DNA of 64,000 nt from Prorocentrum cordatum. Taxonomy: Eukaryota. The stretch covers positions 1 to 64,000 of the forward strand of contig CAUYUJ010000097.1 of the NCBI GenBank assembly GCA_963575745.1. Direction: 5' to 3'. Below are positions 60,101-64,000 of this stretch, piece by piece; position 1 is the stretch's first letter; every line of letters begins with the position of its first letter. The position numbers were made by a program, and so were the translations under genes. The notes beneath the pieces are model-generated. The model ran no database searches. It was not told the origin of the DNA and saw only the letters and a list, made by a program, of their open reading frames with translations.

Positions 60101-61968
60101 GCTGCCTCCACGCCGAGAGCACAATGAAAGTGAGGGAGATGTTCGCGGACGAGGAGGCGATGATGAATGATGCCAAGTTCATGTCTTTGCTACTCTCTTT
60201 CGCTATCGCGCACAAGCTGACGAACATGTGCTCCGAGCGTCTCTTCGCTTTGCTCCGCAACATTGTTGGCGAGAAGTCGCCGTGCGCAGAACGCATCTCT
60301 AGCGTGGGGATGGTCGGGCAGATGCTCACGGAACACCGATTGCTTGGTCGCGCAGACCCGAGGGTCACCACTAGGCAGCAGCTGATTGAGCAAGGAGTGC
60401 CGATCCGCGCAGCAGGCCCCGATATTTCGCGGGGCACACGGGCCGCGAGTTCTTTCGTCAACTGGATGGCCAAGCAGCAGGCGGAAAGAAAGGCGACAAT
60501 GCAGCTGCCCATGAAGAAGGAGGAGTACACGACGTGGCGACAACAGAAGGTGGAGGAGTTTCATCAGCTCTCAGACGCTGCCAAGCGCGTCGAGAGTGAC
60601 GAGGCTCAGCAGTCTTTGCAGCACAGGCTCAACGCAGAGGACTCCGATGGCGATGACAAGGCGGTGACCGACCTGGGCAGCATGGATACATTCGTGAAGG
60701 AGTGCGGTTCTCACAGTGAGCCTTATAGGGTGGACGAGTTCACGTCGCAGGTCAAGGCCAAGTGCGGGCTCGGCAGTGGAGATGCCACCCCGGGCTTCAC
60801 TCGTTACGAGCAGCTGTACAGGGGCCAGCAGCGCGACGAGATCTTCTGCGAGGATCGGAATGACATACCGCCGGAGGAAGTCATCAGCATCTACGTCCCC
60901 TGCGGCATGGCGCACCCCGAGCTTTGCGCGAGCAGGCGTGGCTGGTGCCTCCCTGACATCAGGGACATGGCCAAGGGGCTGCATCGCAGAATGTCTGGTT
61001 GCTCGCCTGGGTCTTTCCATTTCCTTCGTTTCGTTCGCGAGAGTGGGGCGGTCATCTGCACGTGGGCCTGCGCGGGGTACTCCCGCGGCGCCAACCCGAA
61101 GCTGCAGATGCTCCTACCGGCGACGCTGGATCAGGACGAGCGGCTCCTCAGCATCGATGGCGGGGCGTCCTCCGAGTTCGAGTACCTCGTCGACTTCACT
61201 TTCATCGGTCGCTTCGCTGCCAGCTGCGCGCGAGACAGGGTGAAGCAAGTGTTCCACTCGCCTGCGCCAGTCGACGACCCCCGGCTACCGAACCGAGTTG
61301 ACGCCGTTTACCTTGCAAACGATTGGGTTAGCATCGTTGTCGCGGAGGAGGTCTTGGTCTACCCGGAGCCTGCCAGGGTCAGGCTCGAAGAGTCGGCAGT
61401 GGAGAGGACGATGAAGGCGGGTTTGGTGAAGCCGCCGCCTGCCCCGAGAGTCGACGCCGAGGAGCGCGCCTTGCGCCGCGAGCCGAGAGTGAAACGTCGG
61501 CTGCCAGTTCTCGGCGGCGGCGGCGGTGGCAGCTCGTCGACCTCGTGCGATGGCACCGATGGTTCGGCATCAGCTTCTTCGTCCAGCTCAGGAGTGGGTG
61601 GCGACCAGGGTGGCGAGGAGGACGTTCCAGGCGTTCCCAGGCCACGCGTTGTTCGAGCAGTACCTTTTGGTCGTTTCAGCGTGAGCGGAATTTATCTTGA
61701 TGATGTGCTGGTTGGGTACGGCGGCAATTGCAATTGCCACAGGAATGCCTGCGACGGCCCAGGCGCCAAGGGGTGCACTCGCCCCTTCAGGTTCACCAAC
61801 CTGACTCCGGATGAGACGATGAGGCTCGCCAAGTCCTGGCTGTTGATGGGAGCGGGCATCCGCGCCGACGACCCGTCGGGCAGGCGGAGCCACAAGGCCA
61901 TTCCAAGGCATGCAATCCCGATTCTGAGCGACGCCGAGCTTGACGCCCAGATTGGAGCGCTCGGTTAG
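57174..61968 (+). CDS. Large DDE/CxxH transposase-like protein; exons ~57174..~57600 (donor unresolved), 58299..58716, 58925..61968; ~1290 aa
   Basis: Removing the GT-AG intron 58717-58924 gives GILLEG-PDSASSMKR. Motif order is YYDTSP (D1), PDSASSM (D2), CGAH (CxxH), long insertion, CSERLFA (E; hAT-like SERxF). The 3-kb exon is uninterrupted with strong codon bias. Confidence 0.7.
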
Positions 61969-62606
61969 CGGAGAATGCACAATGCACCCTTCCCTCGATG
62001 CATGCCCTTCATCTTGACGCATATTGCACATCTTCGCAAGCCCCTGGATGGGGATCCTGGGGGCCTCTTGGGACGTGGCGCGGCCTGTGCCACAGCTTAT
62101 CTTGGGTGCGCCTAGGGCCTAGGGCCAACTTGGGGCAATCTTGGGCCATATTCGGTCATGTTGACGCGTCTTGGGGCCGTCTTGGGGCCCCGTTGGAGCC
62201 GACGTTGAGGAGGTGGGGGAGGTGGGGGAGGTGGGGGAGGGGGGGGGGAAATAGGAGGAGGAGGAGAAGGAGGAGGAGGAGGAGGAGGAGGAGGAGGAGG
62301 GGGAGGGGGGATGGGGCTCCGTGCCAGCCCGAGAGGAGTCCAGCGGCCTGCAGATCGATAGTGAGATCGATGCTGGGAGAGGGTGTGATATCGATAGTCG
62401 ATAGTGCGACCCATAGCGAGAGCATAGGGAGAGCGCCCGATAATGCGATCGATAGTGCCATCAATTGTGATATCGACATCGCCCTTCCTTCGACAGTCCT
62501 GGGGGCCTCGGGGGACCTCCACCGCCTCCTTCCTCGTCGCTCGCGGCTCAGTGATAAACGTGGGCAGTCTCGGTCTCTCTTCGCTTGCCCAGAGGGTGCG
62601 CGGCCG

Positions 62607-63420
62607 ATGGCGGGCGCGACCGATGCGTCTGCCGCCCTCCTGCCGCTGGCGCCGCTGGCGCCGGCCGAGGGCGCCAGCGCGGCGCCGGCAGCTGTGGGGG
62701 CAGATAAGGAGGACAGACGGAATGCTTCGAAGGTAGCCAGAGATTCCTCGACGGCTGGACCCAGTCCCAACGCAGCCAGCACGCCCAGGGGTACCAGACA
62801 GCGGAAGGAGGGCGCCGACCAGAGGGACATCGCTACAGAGAAGGCTGACACAAAAAGCAAGACGGACATCGGCAAGAGCAAGAGCAAGAGCAAGAGCAAG
62901 AGCAAGAGCAAGAGCAAGACAGACAAAAAAATCAAAAAGGCAGACAACACCAAAAAGGACAAGAAGGACAAACAAAACAAAAAAGACAAAAGGGACAAGA
63001 AATGCCATAAGCGGAGGGACTCTGACGAGCGGCCAGCAGGCCAGGCGGGGAAACATGCCTGCGTGGTTGGCACGGTGGCGAAGGAGGGCAAGCCCGTCGC
63101 TGGCGGCGCGGAGTATGAGGGTAGCACGGCACATCTGCAGATCAGGCGGGCGGGCACTGACGCTGAGGCCTCCGCTCGCAAGCTCACGGACATCCCCGCG
63201 TGGGCCAGGTTGTTCCGGGGCCGCGCGCCTGTGATCCACTCGGCCCGGCGCCCGTCGGCACCGAGCGGTGGCAGCCGCCAGGTTGCGGCATCCGCCGCAG
63301 CCGCGGCCCCCGCGCCAGCGCCGTTGCCGACGGAGTCGATGGCCGTCGACAGCGGGAAGGAGGCGCCCACCGACGCCGCGGCTCTCGCGGTGCAGGCCGC
63401 GGCCCCGCGCCAGCGTTGGG
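62607..63420 (+). CDS. Lys/Ser/Asp-rich, Ala-rich hypothetical protein or exon; frame stays open to the window end
   Basis: ATG at 62607, MAGATDASAALLPLAP...KSKSKSKSK...DKKDKQNKKDKRDKK...LTDIPAWARLFRG. Absent from the ORF track because no stop is reached. The two long minus-strand ORFs here look like its antisense shadows. Confidence 0.45.
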
Positions 63421-64000
63421 AGGGGGGGCAGGGGTGCCGATGGGCCGATGGGGTGATCTCTGGTAGCGACGGGTGCGGGCGTTGCTGCTGTCGTTGTTGC
63501 TGGCGCTGTTGCTGTTGTTGTTACCGAAGGCGGTGTGGGGGGGAGGTAAACCTCCCGTGCAGGGGGTGGGGGAAGTTGGAAAAGGAAACGCGCTGGACCA
63601 CCTGCGCCCTCATGGGCCGCTGGGATGTCCGCCGAGCTCGTTCGGGCATGTCCAGGGTATCTCCAGGTATCTCCGCAGAGCTCCTCGAGGTATCTCTGCA
63701 GAGCTCCACGTCCAGATATGTCCAAGGTATCTCCAGGTGTCACCTCCGAGCTCCTCCAGGGTACATCCAGGTATCTCCGCCGAGCCTCTCCAGGGTTTCT
63801 CTATGTCCAGGGATGTCCCAGTATCTCCTCCGAGCCCCCCCAGGGTATGTTCAGGAATCTCCGCCGAGCTCCTCCCAGGTTGGTTGGCCTGGGGCACCCC
63901 GGGAGGCGGGGGGGGAGGCGGCGGGGGAGGTGGAGGAGGAGGAGGACGAGGAGGAGGAGGAGGGGGATGCGGGGGAAGGAGGGGGATCGGGGGTAGTGGA

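Noticed and set aside
53125..62480. Inverted ATCGATCTCACT satellites (53125-53370 vs 62350-62480) as subterminal repeats of the transposase element
   Set aside because: They would enclose host exons H and I, and no TIR/TSD pair was found. More likely independent repeat copies.
62112..63743. 543-aa and 404-aa minus-strand ORFs with an apparent transmembrane segment
   Set aside because: The hydrophobic F/L/V run is the antisense of the Lys-rich + strand frame; the rest is repeat-derived.

Overview
GC-rich, repeat-saturated eukaryotic DNA, almost certainly dinoflagellate: there is a relict DinoSL spliced-leader sequence at 57096 and GC-AG/GA-AG introns. Most ORFs in the supplied track are repeat artefacts. 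Reading by eye gives a layered, nested architecture. (1) A + strand host gene for a 37-39 aa helical-repeat (heptatricopeptide/HPR-like) protein is split into at least 9 tiny exons (40 to ~115 bp) spread over ~50 kb (5483-55076), with introns up to 25.4 kb and short direct repeats at most junctions. (2) Inside its largest intron, on the same strand, lies an intact 301-aa SPFH/band-7 (HIR-like) gene. Its single interruption consists of a MITE-derived intron, plus a second 8-bp-TSD transposon that landed on the 3' splice site and duplicated AG|GT, creating a candidate zero-length exon/recursive splice site. (3) A textbook Introner forms the last fully resolved host intron. (4) A ~1290-aa intron-containing, SL-relic-bearing DDE/CxxH transposase-like gene lies at 57174-61968, followed by a Lys-rich open frame missed by the ORF track. 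(5) The rest comprises decayed LINE (zinc knuckle/RNase H) and Helitron-type PIF1 helicase remnants, an ~8 kb foldback element with Russian-doll insertions, several MITE families, and mini/microsatellites including a 10 x 375 bp array. All gene models are manual and need RNA-seq confirmation.
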